A DNA stretch of 64,000 bases from Patescibacteria group bacterium (GCA_041651535.1 JBAZIZ010000002.1:1006-65005), one strand, 5' to 3'; shown: positions 38,565 to 49,467, numbered from the stretch's first letter. Program-made: numbers and translations. The notes: a model not told the origin generated them from the sequence alone.

Positions 38565-39770
38565 TTATTTTTTATAAATTTCTTCAAGTTTTGAAATATA
38601 AATTCCATCATCTTGTAAAATACTAGAAATTCTATTATGCATTTCTGTTATTTTTTCTTTATTTTTAACAAGATAAATAATTTTTTCTTGTAAATTTTTT
38701 ATGTCACCCGCAACAAAAGTTATACCATTTTCGCCTTCAGCAATTAATTCGGCAATACCTTCTATATTACTTGCCAAAACTGGAATTTTAGCATACAAAC
38801 TTTCAAAAATAACCGTAGGAGAATTTTCATAACAAAGAGAAGGCACGATCATGACATCAATATTAGAAAATAAATTAGCTAATTCATTTCTTTTTATTTT
38901 ACCTAAAAATAAAATATTATCTTGTCGGTATTTTTCTTTTACTGTCAAAAATTTCGAACCAATACCAGCTACATAAAGACGGATATTTTCTTGAATTTTT
39001 TTATCCAAACTGGCAAAAGCTTCTAAAAGTAAAAAAATCCCTTTATGTTCTTCAATTTGTCCTAAATATAAAAAATTTATTTTTTCTTCTCCTAAAGTAG
39101 CTGATGTATTTTGCAAAGGTTTTTTTTCTTTAATTTCAAAATCAACTGTCAAAGGATTTCTTAACAAAGCAAATTTTGAATTAGGAAAAAATCCACGACT
39201 TTTGTAAAAATCTAACAAAAAAGTTGAAGGAGAGATAACAACTTCAGGCGAAGCAAACAGTCTTCTCATGATAAAAATATAAATTTTTGTCGGCCAGCCT
39301 GTATAACGCCAAGTTTTTTCTTTGTTTTTTAAAATTATTCCGCTTGGCTCAGCTAATTGGACATCATGAACAGTATGAACATGACGTAAATGCATTTCTT
39401 GAATCATTTTTGGAAGCAAAAAACTAAGCCCCATCAAATTATGAGTATGCACAACGTCTGGACTTTCTTTAATCAAAATACTTTTAATTTTATTTTTTAC
39501 TGAAAAATTAAAAATATCAAAAATGTGCCAAATAAATCGTAAAAAAATATTATATTTATGAGCATCGGTGTAATAAAAAATATTTTTCTGTTTTATCCTG
39601 TATATTTTTAATTTTTCTTTTCTTTCACTATATTCCCCTTGTGGAGAGCCACTAATCAAAACAACTTCATGTCCTTTTTCTAAGAGATTTTCTACAGTCT
39701 TTTTTACAACTTGTTCAGCCCCACCACGAGCAAAAGGTGGATATAAATTGTTTATAATACAAATTTTCAT
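38565..39770 (-). CDS. Glycosyltransferase family 4.
   Basis: The N-terminal MKICIINNLYPPFARGGAEQVV and the C-terminal sugar-donor-binding region (E..G.P.LEA) are present. Confidence 0.75.
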   Translation of the reverse strand: MKICIINNLYPPFARGGAEQVVKKTVENLLEKGHEVVLISGSPQGEYSERKEKLKIYRIKQKNIFYYTDAHKYNIFLRFIWHIFDIFNFSVKNKIKSILIKESPDVVHTHNLMGLSFLLPKMIQEMHLRHVHTVHDVQLAEPSGIILKNKEKTWRYTGWPTKIYIFIMRRLFASPEVVISPSTFLLDFYKSRGFFPNSKFALLRNPLTVDFEIKEKKPLQNTSATLGEEKINFLYLGQIEEHKGIFLLLEAFASLDKKIQENIRLYVAGIGSKFLTVKEKYRQDNILFLGKIKRNELANLFSNIDVMIVPSLCYENSPTVIFESLYAKIPVLASNIEGIAELIAEGENGITFVAGDIKNLQEKIIYLVKNKEKITEMHNRISSILQDDGIYISKLEEIYKK

Positions 39771-39942
39771 ATTTTTAATATTATACTATTTTTAACTTTG
39801 AAAGTCTAATCTTTTTAGATAACAAATAAGGAAAATAGCCACAAAAAATTCAATGTAAAAAAATGAATTTTTGTCAACAGAAAACCCACAGTCTCTCCAC
39901 TGCTTCAATTTGAATATAATTTTTAAATAATGTAAGATATAT

Positions 39943-41385
39943 TTGAAAAATAAAAATATGACTGATATTACAGTTAAAGAAAAAATACCGCCTCAAAATA
40001 TTGAAGCCGAAAAATCGTTTCTAGGTTCTATTTTGTTAGATAAAGATGCCATGATAAAAATAGCTGATTTGATGAATCCGCGTTTTTTTTATAAAAAAAG
40101 TCACGAAAAAATATACGAAACAATGACTGAACTTTATAATAATGGGGAGCCTATAGATGTTTTGACAGTTGCCAACCGTTTAGCAGAAAAAAATGAAGAA
40201 AAAGAAACTGGTGGTAAACCTTATTTAATTGAATTAAGCAACTCTGTACCAACTGCATCTCATGTAGAACAATATGCCAAAATAATCACTAAAAAATATA
40301 TTTTGAGACAATTGTTACATTCAGCTCAAGAAATCGCTGAACTTGGTTACAAAGAAGACGAAAATAATGTTGATACTTTGTTAGATTTAGCACAACAACA
40401 AGTTTTTGGTGTGGCTCAAACTCATGTTAAAAACAATTTTATTGCTATCAAAGATGTTTTAAATTCAGCTTTTGAAAGAATTGATGAGTTACATCGAGAA
40501 AAAGGAAAAATAAGAGGTGTACCAACAGGATTCAAAGATTTAGATAAACTTATAGCAGGATTCCAAAAATCAGACTTGGTTATTTTAGCTGCTCGACCTT
40601 CTGTAGGTAAAACTTCATTAGCTTTGGATTTTGCTAGATATGCTGCTGTAAACGCAAAAGTTCCAGTCGGTATTTTTTCTTTAGAAATGAGTAAAGAACA
40701 ATTAGTTGACCGTTTATTATGTGCTCAAGCTGGAATAGATTTGTGGAAACTTCGTACAGGAAATTTATCTGACAGACCAGACAGTCAAGATTTTCCTAGA
40801 TTAGGTCAAGCTATGGGAATTTTATCTGAAGCTCCAATTTTTATTGATGATAATGCAAACAGTAATGTTATGCAAATTAGAACAAAATGTCGTCGTTTAA
40901 AAGCAGAACATGGACTTGGACTGGTAATTATTGATTATTTACAACTGATGGATTCACATGATAAAAGAAATGGTGATAATCGTGTACAAGAAGTAGCTGA
41001 GATCAGTCGTAATTTAAAAGGAATTGCTCGTGAATTAGATGTACCAGTTTTAGCTTTATCTCAATTGTCACGTGCGGTAGAACAAAATAAACCAGCTATC
41101 CCAAAACTTGCTCATTTGCGTGAATCTGGAAGTATAGAACAAGATGCTGATTTAGTTTTATTTATTTACCGAAAATCAGCTGATAGAAATTATCGAATTG
41201 AAGATATTCCACCAGATGAATTAAATATTGGTGAAGTACATATAGCTAAACACAGAAATGGTCCAACTGGAAAAGTTAGAGTATTTTTTGATGCTGAAAA
41301 AGCCAGTTATCGTGATTTAGACACTCATTTTATGAATTCAGCAATTCCTAGTTCTGAAAATACTAATTCTTTTTCTGAAAACTAA
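39943..41385 (+). CDS. dnaB: Replicative DNA helicase DnaB.
   Basis: The N-terminal domain begins PQNIEAEKSFLGSIL. Walker A is GARPSVGKTSLAL, and RecA-like motifs (DYLQLM, SQLSR) follow. An alternative start lies at 39958. Confidence 0.9.
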   Translation: MKNKNMTDITVKEKIPPQNIEAEKSFLGSILLDKDAMIKIADLMNPRFFYKKSHEKIYETMTELYNNGEPIDVLTVANRLAEKNEEKETGGKPYLIELSNSVPTASHVEQYAKIITKKYILRQLLHSAQEIAELGYKEDENNVDTLLDLAQQQVFGVAQTHVKNNFIAIKDVLNSAFERIDELHREKGKIRGVPTGFKDLDKLIAGFQKSDLVILAARPSVGKTSLALDFARYAAVNAKVPVGIFSLEMSKEQLVDRLLCAQAGIDLWKLRTGNLSDRPDSQDFPRLGQAMGILSEAPIFIDDNANSNVMQIRTKCRRLKAEHGLGLVIIDYLQLMDSHDKRNGDNRVQEVAEISRNLKGIARELDVPVLALSQLSRAVEQNKPAIPKLAHLRESGSIEQDADLVLFIYRKSADRNYRIEDIPPDELNIGEVHIAKHRNGPTGKVRVFFDAEKASYRDLDTHFMNSAIPSSENTNSFSEN

Positions 41386-41421
41386 AGCAATTTTAAATTT
41401 ATTTATTTTTAATTTTTATTT

Positions 41422-41718
41422 ATGTTTAACAAATTAAAACAATTCAAAGATTTACGCGATCAAGCTAAAGAATTACAAAGTAAATTAGCTCAAGAATCAG
41501 TAAGTTCAGAGAAAAATGGTGTAAAAATAACTTTAGACGGAAATTTAGAAATGACTGGAATTGAAATTGAAACTTCTTTTTTGAATTCTGATAAAAAAAA
41601 TAAATTAGAAGAGACAATTAAAGAGGTTCATAAAGATGCTCTTAAAAAAATTCAAAGAGTTATGGCTATGAAAATGAAAGAAATGGGCGGTTTACCAAAT
41701 ATTCCAGGAATAAATTAA
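41422..41718 (+). CDS. ybaB: Nucleoid-associated protein YbaB/EbfC.
   Basis: The 98-aa product aligns along its full length with the YbaB family. It lies upstream of recR, as is typical. Confidence 0.85.
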   Translation: MFNKLKQFKDLRDQAKELQSKLAQESVSSEKNGVKITLDGNLEMTGIEIETSFLNSDKKNKLEETIKEVHKDALKKIQRVMAMKMKEMGGLPNIPGIN

Positions 41719-41722
41719 ACAA

Positions 41723-42316
41723 ATGTACCCAAAAACAATTGAACAACTTATAAAAAATTTTTCTAAATTACCAAGTGTTGGTCGTCGTACTGCTGAAAGA
41801 TTTGTTTTTCATTTATTAAAATCTGGAAAAAAAGATGTCGCAGAAATGGTTTTAAATTTAAAAGAAATTTCTAATAATATTCAAAGTTGTTCAACTTGTT
41901 GGAGTTTTTCTGACACTAATCCTTGTAAAATTTGTGCTGACAATAAACGCGACCAATCTACTATTTGTGTTGTTGCTGAACAACAACATATAGAAAATTT
42001 AGAAAAAACTGGAGCTTATACTGGTGTTTATCATATTTTACGCGGAGTTATCGATCCGGATGAAGATGAGTCCATTCGTAATTTAAAAATTCAGGAGCTT
42101 TTAATTAGAGTAAAAAATACCAAAATAAATGAAATAATCTTAGCTTTAAATCCTGATATGCACGGTGAAACAACTATGATGTTTTTAGAACAACAAATCA
42201 AAAAAATAGAACCAGGCATTAAAATAACTAGATTAGCCAAAGGTCTAGCTATGGGAAGTGATTTACAATATGCTGATGAAATAACTTTGGAAAATTCTTT
42301 AAAAAATAGAAAATAA
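41723..42316 (+). CDS. recR: Recombination protein RecR.
   Basis: A helix-hairpin-helix N-terminus (LPSVGRRTAERF), a C4 zinc finger (CSTCWSFSDTNPCKIC) and a Toprim domain are present. Confidence 0.9.
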   Translation: MYPKTIEQLIKNFSKLPSVGRRTAERFVFHLLKSGKKDVAEMVLNLKEISNNIQSCSTCWSFSDTNPCKICADNKRDQSTICVVAEQQHIENLEKTGAYTGVYHILRGVIDPDEDESIRNLKIQELLIRVKNTKINEIILALNPDMHGETTMMFLEQQIKKIEPGIKITRLAKGLAMGSDLQYADEITLENSLKNRK

Positions 42317-42406
42317 AAAACATTTAATTTATTCCCTGCTTGTTGGTTTAACTGTCTTTCAACAGACAGACAAACCGACAAATATTAGCAGATTAATTTA
42401 AAATCT

Positions 42407-42994
42407 ATGAAAAAACTAAATTTTTCTCTGATTGCTCTTTTCCTCCTAATTTTAATTGGCGGTGGTTGTGAAAAAGCAACTACTAATAATCAAAATGAAG
42501 AAAACACAAACTCAAAATCTGCTTTTGAAAATATAGTAGATGATACAAAACAAGATACAAAAGCATTAAACGGAATTGAAGCTAGAGCTGAAGTAAACAC
42601 TGACGGCACAGTCGATGTTTATTGGACAGTAAATGAAGAAATTAGTAAAAAAGCAGCTTCTTATCGCTTAATTTATGATAAAACCGAAAATCCGATTCAT
42701 CCTGGTTATATGTGGTTTGAAAGAGGAAAAAGTTATCGCGATAAATATTGGACAGGACTACCAGCTGGCAAAGGTTATATTAGAGTTTGTGTAGTAGAAA
42801 ACACAAAATGTATAGAATACAGTAATAATGTTGAAGTTGACATACCAGAAAATGAAACAAATAATATTAAAATAACTACAACTACAGAATCAATAACAAA
42901 CAAGGAAACTGATATGATTATTGAAGAAAATCAAATAGAAGAACAAAATAATGAAATTATTATAGATATAACCGCAACTACAACTCAAGAATAA
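42407..42994 (+). CDS. Putative lipoprotein of unknown function.
   Basis: A signal peptide with a lipobox-like LILIGGGC is followed by a low-complexity N/T/E-rich region. Confidence 0.5.
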   Translation: MKKLNFSLIALFLLILIGGGCEKATTNNQNEENTNSKSAFENIVDDTKQDTKALNGIEARAEVNTDGTVDVYWTVNEEISKKAASYRLIYDKTENPIHPGYMWFERGKSYRDKYWTGLPAGKGYIRVCVVENTKCIEYSNNVEVDIPENETNNIKITTTTESITNKETDMIIEENQIEEQNNEIIIDITATTTQE

Positions 42995-43010
42995 AAAAAG
43001 CGGAAAAAAG

Positions 43011-43043
43011 AAATCACTGCTCCATGCTTGCAGTGATTTTTTG
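43011..43043 (+). terminator. Rho-independent terminator after the lipoprotein gene.
   Basis: An 8-bp stem (atcactgc / gcagtgat) with a 9-nt loop is followed by TTTTTT. Confidence 0.6.
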
Positions 43044-43088
43044 ATTAAAAAAAACAGTATTTAAACTGCTAAATCTGAAATCAAAAAT

Positions 43089-43736
43089 CTAAAATACATT
43101 TACTTTTTCCCCTAAATATTTTGGTTTTAAATGTAAAAATTCAATTTCAAAAAATGCTTTAATCTTTGCAAATATTTCACGCCAAATCATCTTATCAATA
43201 TCAACATATTTATGTCTATCCGCAATCAAAGGATAAACTTTTACACCTAAATTTTCACAAATATATGTAATTCTATTTAAATGAAATTTTTGTGAAACAG
43301 CTATCACTTCATAATTATTCAAATCAAAAATTTCTTTTGCTCGATAACAACTATCATAAGTATCAAAACCTGCATAATCTAGAATAATATCTTCTGGATT
43401 AACTCCTTTACTTATAGCATAATCTTTCATAGGAACAACTTCATTGTATTTGCTACTACCATTATCTCCCGTCATAAGTATTTTTTTTACTTTATCATTT
43501 TTATATAATTCAACCGCAGTTTCTACTCGATCTTCTAAAACTCCACTTAAAGTACCATTACGAAAAACACTAGCACCAAAAACTAAAGCTACACTTGAAG
43601 TTGGTACATTTTCTATATTATAAATTATATTATCTTGAAAATTATCAACTTTCATTTGAATAAACCAAAAAACCGTAATCAAAATCATTAAAACAAAACT
43701 TATCCAAAAACTAATTTTATATTTTACTTTTGTCAT
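43089..43736 (-). CDS. DUF218 (SanA/YdcF/ElyC-family) membrane-anchored protein.
   Basis: An N-terminal TM helix is followed by a DUF218 core (VALVFGASV...GVLEDRVETAVELY...ILMTGDNG...). Confidence 0.7.
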   Translation of the reverse strand: MTKVKYKISFWISFVLMILITVFWFIQMKVDNFQDNIIYNIENVPTSSVALVFGASVFRNGTLSGVLEDRVETAVELYKNDKVKKILMTGDNGSSKYNEVVPMKDYAISKGVNPEDIILDYAGFDTYDSCYRAKEIFDLNNYEVIAVSQKFHLNRITYICENLGVKVYPLIADRHKYVDIDKMIWREIFAKIKAFFEIEFLHLKPKYLGEKVNVF

Positions 43737-43956
43737 TTTTTTATTTATTATTTTTTTAATAATTAATGTTTTTTAAAATAATTAGTAATAATTCACAATA
43801 TTTAAGGGATACCCCCATTCGTCCCCCCTCTTCGAACTCACTACGATATGACAAATTGATTGAGCATTTGTTTTAAAGTTTGATTAATTAATCATGTTTG
43901 TCTTGGTTTTTTAAAGACTAAAATTAAAATACTTAAACGATAATTAAAATCTAACT

Positions 43957-43994
43957 GCTTTTGACTTTTGACATTTGACTCTGTACTTTCGACT
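43957..43994. repeat. TTGAC iteron-like repeat block immediately 3' of uvrB. It belongs to the same family as 51104-51286 and 19561-19675.
   Basis: In gcttttgacttttgacatttgactctgtactttcgacttt, TTGAC recurs at 7-8 bp spacing. A GC-rich patch lies 110 nt upstream at 43803-43848. Confidence 0.45.
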
Positions 43995-46064
43995 TTACTC
44001 ATTGGCTTTACTTATCAACTTATCAACTTTTTTTAATTTTACATTTTGCATTTTTAATTTGTTTACTTCATCCCGTAAAATTGTTGCTAATTCAAACTCT
44101 AATTTTTTACTAGCTTCACGCATTTGTTTTTCTTTTGTTTTTATAAGTTCATCTATATTTTGATTTTCACCAATTAAATCCAAATCTAAAATTAAATTGG
44201 TTTTTTTGTTAGCTACAAAAGATTCTTTTTTATTTGGACTAATACCAAAATCTTCCAAAATATTTCTAATATTTTTTTCAATTGTTTTTGGTGTTATATT
44301 ATTTTTTTTGTTATAGGCAAGCTGGATTTGGCGACGACGTTCAGTTTCACTTAAAGCTTTTTTAATTGAATCTGTCATAATATCAGCGTACAAAATTACG
44401 CGACCATTTACATTTCTAGCTGAACGTCCAATTGTTTGGATTAAACTTGTTTCATTTCGTAAAAATCCTTCTTTATCAGCATCTAAAATTGCCACTAAAG
44501 AAACTTCTGGAATATCCAAACCTTCACGAAGTAAATTTACTCCAACTATAACATCAATCTCCCCTTTTCTTAATTTAGTTATAATGTCTATTCTATCTAT
44601 TGTTTTTACATCACTGTGTAAATATTCAACTTTAATATTTTTTTCTTTCAAAAATTCAGTTAAATTTTCTGCTTGTTTTTTTGACAAAGTTGTAATTAAA
44701 GTCTTTTCTTTTTTTGTTACTTGTTTTTTGATTTCTAAAATCACATCTTCAATTTGGGAATAATTTTGATTATTTTTTTGATTGATAGGTCGGATAATTA
44801 CTTCTGGATCAATAAGTCCAGTTGGACGAACTATTTGTTCAACTATTTTTTGACTTTCCTCAAATTCAAATTCAGCTGGAGTAGCCGAAACAAAAATCAT
44901 TTGTCCTACTTTTTCTAAAAATTCTTTAAATTTCAACGGACGATTATCTCTAGCGCTTGGCAAACGAAAACCATATTCAATCAAATTATCTTTTCGTGAC
45001 TTATCGCCATTATACATCGCGCGAATTTGTGGCAAAGTTACATGAGACTCATCAATCACTGTCAAAAAATCAGTATCACATTTTTTAAAATAATCCAGCA
45101 AAGTATAAGGAGCATCACCCAAATTACGACCATCAAAATAACGTGAATAATTTTCAATTCCATTACAATAACCAATTTCTTTTATCAATTCTAAATCATA
45201 ATTTGTTTTTCTTTTTAATCGTTCATATTCCAAAATTTTTCCTTGCTTTTTAAAAAAATCTAATCTTTCTTTTAGATCTTCTTTAATTAAAGAAATTTGT
45301 TCTTCTAATTTTTGTTCATCAACTACATAATGTTTAGCTGGAAAAAACCAAGCGTCTTCTAAATTTTCTCGAATTATTTTTCTAGATATAGCATCTAGTA
45401 AATCTATTTTGTCAATTTTATCTGAAACTTCAAAACGATAAATTCTTTCTTCATTTACAGGCATAATTTCAAAAACTTGTCCACGCATTCTAAACATTCC
45501 TCTAGATAACTCTAGATTGCTACGATTGAATTGCATGTCAACTAATTTTTTTAAAAGCAAATGTCGATCTATTTTTTCACCTTTTTTAATCTGAATCACT
45601 TTTTTTCCATATTCAAGTGGCGAACCTAAACCATAAATAGCACTCACTGAAGCTACAATAATTACATCTTTTCTAGATAACAAAGCTTGCGTAGCCGCAT
45701 GACGCAATCTGTCTATTTCTCCATTTATTTGAGCTTCTTTTTCTATATAAGTATCTGAATTTGGTAAATAACTTTCTGGCTGATAATAATCATAATATGA
45801 AACAAAATATTCAACTGCATTTTCTGGAAAAAATTCTCTAAATTCATTACAGAGTTGGGCTGCTAAAGTTTTATTATGAGCTATAACCAAAGTTGGTTTT
45901 TGAATTTTTTCAATCACATTAGCAATTGTAAAAGTCTTACCACTACCAGTAACTCCAAGTAAAGTTTGGTTTTTTATTTTATTATCCAAACCTTTTACCA
46001 ATTCTACAATCGCTTGTGGTTGTCCACCACTAGGTTTGTATGCTGATTTTAATTTAAATTTCAT
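43995..46064 (-). CDS. uvrB: Excinuclease ABC subunit B.
   Basis: Walker A is GVTGSGKT. Helicase motifs, the beta-hairpin region, and the C-terminal UvrB/UvrC interaction coiled coil are present. Confidence 0.9.
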   Translation of the reverse strand: MKFKLKSAYKPSGGQPQAIVELVKGLDNKIKNQTLLGVTGSGKTFTIANVIEKIQKPTLVIAHNKTLAAQLCNEFREFFPENAVEYFVSYYDYYQPESYLPNSDTYIEKEAQINGEIDRLRHAATQALLSRKDVIIVASVSAIYGLGSPLEYGKKVIQIKKGEKIDRHLLLKKLVDMQFNRSNLELSRGMFRMRGQVFEIMPVNEERIYRFEVSDKIDKIDLLDAISRKIIRENLEDAWFFPAKHYVVDEQKLEEQISLIKEDLKERLDFFKKQGKILEYERLKRKTNYDLELIKEIGYCNGIENYSRYFDGRNLGDAPYTLLDYFKKCDTDFLTVIDESHVTLPQIRAMYNGDKSRKDNLIEYGFRLPSARDNRPLKFKEFLEKVGQMIFVSATPAEFEFEESQKIVEQIVRPTGLIDPEVIIRPINQKNNQNYSQIEDVILEIKKQVTKKEKTLITTLSKKQAENLTEFLKEKNIKVEYLHSDVKTIDRIDIITKLRKGEIDVIVGVNLLREGLDIPEVSLVAILDADKEGFLRNETSLIQTIGRSARNVNGRVILYADIMTDSIKKALSETERRRQIQLAYNKKNNITPKTIEKNIRNILEDFGISPNKKESFVANKKTNLILDLDLIGENQNIDELIKTKEKQMREASKKLEFELATILRDEVNKLKMQNVKLKKVDKLISKANE

Positions 46065-46068
46065 AATT

Positions 46069-48102
46069 TTATTTTATCATTCGTAAAAATTCTTCCTCAG
46101 AAATTATTTTTATATTTAATTCTTTAGCCTTAGTAACTTTACTTCCAGGTTCATCCCCAGCTAAAACAAAATCTGTTTTTTTAGAAACTGACGAAGAATT
46201 TTGACCTCCTAAATTTCTAATTTTTTCTTTAATTTCATCACGAGAAAAATTTTCAAAACTTCCAGTGATGACAAAAGTTTTTCCTGATAATTTATTTTCT
46301 TTTTTAAAATCATCTTTTTTTATAACTACCCCATTTTTAAATAACTCCTGTATTAATTTTTGATTGTCATCGTCAGAAAAGAAAGAAAAAATTGATTCCG
46401 CAACTTTAATACCCACGTCATTTACTTTTTCTAAATCTTCAATTTTAGCATTTTTTATTTTTTCTAAAGAAACAAAATGATTAGCTAGTCTGATAGCTGT
46501 TTCTTCACCAACATGATTTATTCCTAAAGCATAAATAAAACGAGCTAAATTTATTTTTTTAGAATTTTCAATCGCAGTAATCAAATTAGAAGCTGATTTT
46601 TCAGCAAATCTTTCCAAAGGTTCCAAATCTCCAGTCTGTAAAATAAATAAATCAGCTGAATTTTTTATAAGTCCTTCATTTAATAATTGTTCCACAACTT
46701 TTTCTCCCAAACCATCAATATTAAAAGCTTTTTTAGACACAAAATGAATTATTTTTTCTAACTCACGAGCATAACAATTTTTATTTAGACAATACAAAGC
46801 TGCTGAATCTTCATTTTTATCTTTTTCTATTTTACGTCTAGCTACTTCATTACCGCAAATTGGACAATAACTCGGACTTTTGATAGTTTTTTCATTTCCA
46901 GTACGCATTTTTTCTAAAACTCTAACTACTTTTGGAATAATATCCCCTGCTTTTTCTACTATTACATAATCACCAATTTTTACACCGAGTCTTTGAATTT
47001 CATCAAAATTATGTAAAGTTGCATGAGTTACCGTTGTCCCAGCCAAATGAATCGGTTTCATGCGAGCAACTGGAGTCAAAGCTCCAGTTCTGCCAACTTG
47101 CCAATAAACTTCTTCAATCTGAGTTGCACTTTGTTCGGCAGGAAATTTAAAAGCTATACCCCAACGTGGAGCTTTTCCAGTGTATCCTAAAATATCTTGG
47201 TATTTTTTTTGGTTAATTTTTATCACCATACCATCTATCCAATAAGCAAAAGTTTTTTTATGTTTTTCCAGATAAAAATAAAAATTCATTATTTCGTCAA
47301 TACTTTTACATTTTCTCCAATGTCCATCTGTCAAAAAACCCAATTCTTTTAATTTATTAAGTTCTTGTTCTTGACTAATAATTTCAGAATTTTCACTTGA
47401 AATATCATAAACTGTAACTGCTAATTTTCTTTTGGCAACTATTTGTGGATCTAATTGACGGATTGTGCCAGCAGCTGCATTACGAGGATTAGCAAATTTT
47501 ATTTCATTGTTTTTTATTCGTTCTTCATTTATTTTATCTAGCATTTTTTCATTAAGCCAAATTTCACCTTCAGCAATTAAATCTATTTCTTGATTGATTT
47601 TAAGCGGTACACTTTGAATTGTTTTTATATTTTGTGTAACATTTTCACCGACTTTACCATCACCACGAGTCGCTGCTATTTTTAAAATTCCTTGTTTATA
47701 AGTTAAAACAACGTGCAAACCATCGATTTTTAATTCGCAAATATAATCTAAATCTTCTGGTCTTTTTCCTAATTCTTTTTCTAAAATTTTAAAATTTCTT
47801 TCTTCCCAATCAAGAAGATCTTGTTTATCAAAAGCATCAGCAAAAGACCATTGTTTGACTTCATGAATAACTTTTTCAAATTTATCCAAAGGTTTGCCTG
47901 CTACCCTTTGTGTTGGTGAATCAGAGCTGATTAATTCTGGGTATTCTTTTTCAATCTTTTTCAATTCATCCATAAGTCCTTCATACATTTGATCAGTAAC
48001 TTCTGGATCATTTAAAACATGATAACGATAACGCAAATCATCAATTTGATCTCGTAAATTTTTAATTTTTCTTTTAATATTTGAAATATTTTCTAACATC
48101 AT
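46069..48102 (-). CDS. ligA: NAD-dependent DNA ligase.
   Basis: The adenylation motif is KIDGLHV. The OB fold, Zn-finger cysteines (CPICGNEV...C), HhH and C-terminal BRCT domains are all present. Confidence 0.9.
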   Translation of the reverse strand: MMLENISNIKRKIKNLRDQIDDLRYRYHVLNDPEVTDQMYEGLMDELKKIEKEYPELISSDSPTQRVAGKPLDKFEKVIHEVKQWSFADAFDKQDLLDWEERNFKILEKELGKRPEDLDYICELKIDGLHVVLTYKQGILKIAATRGDGKVGENVTQNIKTIQSVPLKINQEIDLIAEGEIWLNEKMLDKINEERIKNNEIKFANPRNAAAGTIRQLDPQIVAKRKLAVTVYDISSENSEIISQEQELNKLKELGFLTDGHWRKCKSIDEIMNFYFYLEKHKKTFAYWIDGMVIKINQKKYQDILGYTGKAPRWGIAFKFPAEQSATQIEEVYWQVGRTGALTPVARMKPIHLAGTTVTHATLHNFDEIQRLGVKIGDYVIVEKAGDIIPKVVRVLEKMRTGNEKTIKSPSYCPICGNEVARRKIEKDKNEDSAALYCLNKNCYARELEKIIHFVSKKAFNIDGLGEKVVEQLLNEGLIKNSADLFILQTGDLEPLERFAEKSASNLITAIENSKKINLARFIYALGINHVGEETAIRLANHFVSLEKIKNAKIEDLEKVNDVGIKVAESIFSFFSDDDNQKLIQELFKNGVVIKKDDFKKENKLSGKTFVITGSFENFSRDEIKEKIRNLGGQNSSSVSKKTDFVLAGDEPGSKVTKAKELNIKIISEEEFLRMIK

Positions 48103-48104
48103 AT

Positions 48105-48884
48105 TTAAGTAATAATTTTAAGATAGAACGAAATTAGTTTATCTCCCCAAAACAACGTGACAAAAGAAGCTGGCATCAAAAAACATCCCAAAGGGACCTC
48201 GCTGTTCATTTTTTTTCCTTTTTTAACAAGTAAAAAAATAGAAATAATAGCTCCTAAGATATAAGCTAACCATAAAGCCAAAAGTAGTTTTTGCCAATCA
48301 AATAAAACACCCATAAAAATAGCGATTCTTATATCTCCACCGCCTATCCATTTTCCTTTAGATAATAAAAATTGGATTCCAAAAAAACTTATCCCAATAA
48401 AAATACTCAAAAACATGGAACTCCAAGAACGAAAATCAAAAATATAATAAAATACAAACAGTAAAATAGCTGAACCAAGAGTAATTAAATCTGATATTTC
48501 TAGATATTTAAAGTCGTAAATAAAGACAAAAATCATTGTCCAGACAATTACACAATTGATAATTATTTTTATCCATAAATACAGGTCAATATTTTCTGAA
48601 TAAAAAAAATTAAAAACAAAGACAAAAAGTACAGCTGTTATTAATTCTACAAGTGGATATTGCCAAGAAATTTTTTGTCTGCAATTACGACATTTTCCTT
48701 TTAAAAACAAAAAACTAAACAATGGGATATTGTCATAAAATTTTATTTTGGCTAAACATTTTGGACAAAACGAACGCTGAGTTTTCCAATCTAAATTACG
48801 TTTTATTCTGAATTCTAAAGCATTCAAAAAACTACCAAAAATGGCTCCAAAAACAAAAAATATAAAACTAAAATATATTATCAT
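48105..48884 (-). CDS. pilD: Type IV prepilin peptidase (A24 family).
   Basis: An N-terminal Cys-rich zinc-binding box (CPKC...CRNC) and a multi-TM peptidase domain are present. Confidence 0.8.
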   Translation of the reverse strand: MIIYFSFIFFVFGAIFGSFLNALEFRIKRNLDWKTQRSFCPKCLAKIKFYDNIPLFSFLFLKGKCRNCRQKISWQYPLVELITAVLFVFVFNFFYSENIDLYLWIKIIINCVIVWTMIFVFIYDFKYLEISDLITLGSAILLFVFYYIFDFRSWSSMFLSIFIGISFFGIQFLLSKGKWIGGGDIRIAIFMGVLFDWQKLLLALWLAYILGAIISIFLLVKKGKKMNSEVPLGCFLMPASFVTLFWGDKLISFYLKIIT

Positions 48885-48983
48885 ATCAATTATAATAATA
48901 ACATATTTTAATAATAAAATAAAATCAAAAAGACGCCTATAAAATAAGCGCCTTTTAAAGATTTATTTAAACAAATCAAAAAA

Positions 48984-49439
48984 TTATTGGGCTGGACCAA
49001 CTAATCCAGAAGGTGTTCCGGTTACGATACCGTCTCCGAAATTACCACCACCAATTTCTAATTCTGCTGTCAAAACATAAGTGGAACCATCTGCTGAACG
49101 ATATTGATAATATTCATCATTTGAAGGTCCGGCTGGGATATTATCCATATATGGATCAGTACAAGCTCCTGTAGCATCAAAGCCATCAGAATCTATACAA
49201 CCATGTGTAGTATCTCCTAAATCAACAGCTGTAGCAGCAACTGGATATGCATTATTATCTGTATAATACAATTCAAGAGCTGTTTGAACTTGTTTAACGT
49301 CTAATAATCTTTTTGAATCATTAGCTTTTTTACGAGCTGAACCCAAAGCAACTACAGACAAAGTGGATAATAAACCAATTATGGCTACAACCACCAACAA
49401 TTCTATTAATGTAAAACCTTTTTTATTCATAAATTTCAC
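48984..49439 (-). CDS. Type IV pilin / pseudopilin with a class III signal peptide.
   Basis: The N-terminus has the prepilin motif KGFTLIELLVVVAIIGLLS (G/F cleavage, then E+5). The gene is GC-richer than its surroundings. Confidence 0.75.
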   Translation of the reverse strand: MKFMNKKGFTLIELLVVVAIIGLLSTLSVVALGSARKKANDSKRLLDVKQVQTALELYYTDNNAYPVAATAVDLGDTTHGCIDSDGFDATGACTDPYMDNIPAGPSNDEYYQYRSADGSTYVLTAELEIGGGNFGDGIVTGTPSGLVGPAQ

Positions 49440-49467
49440 CCCCTTTCCTTTTGGAAAGATTAATTTT

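Noticed and set aside
43795-43870. GC-rich patch containing GAGTTCGAAGAG, tested as a possible tRNA T-arm.
   Set aside because: No acceptor, D or anticodon arms can be paired around it on either strand. It is retained only as part of the repeat/GC-core observation.
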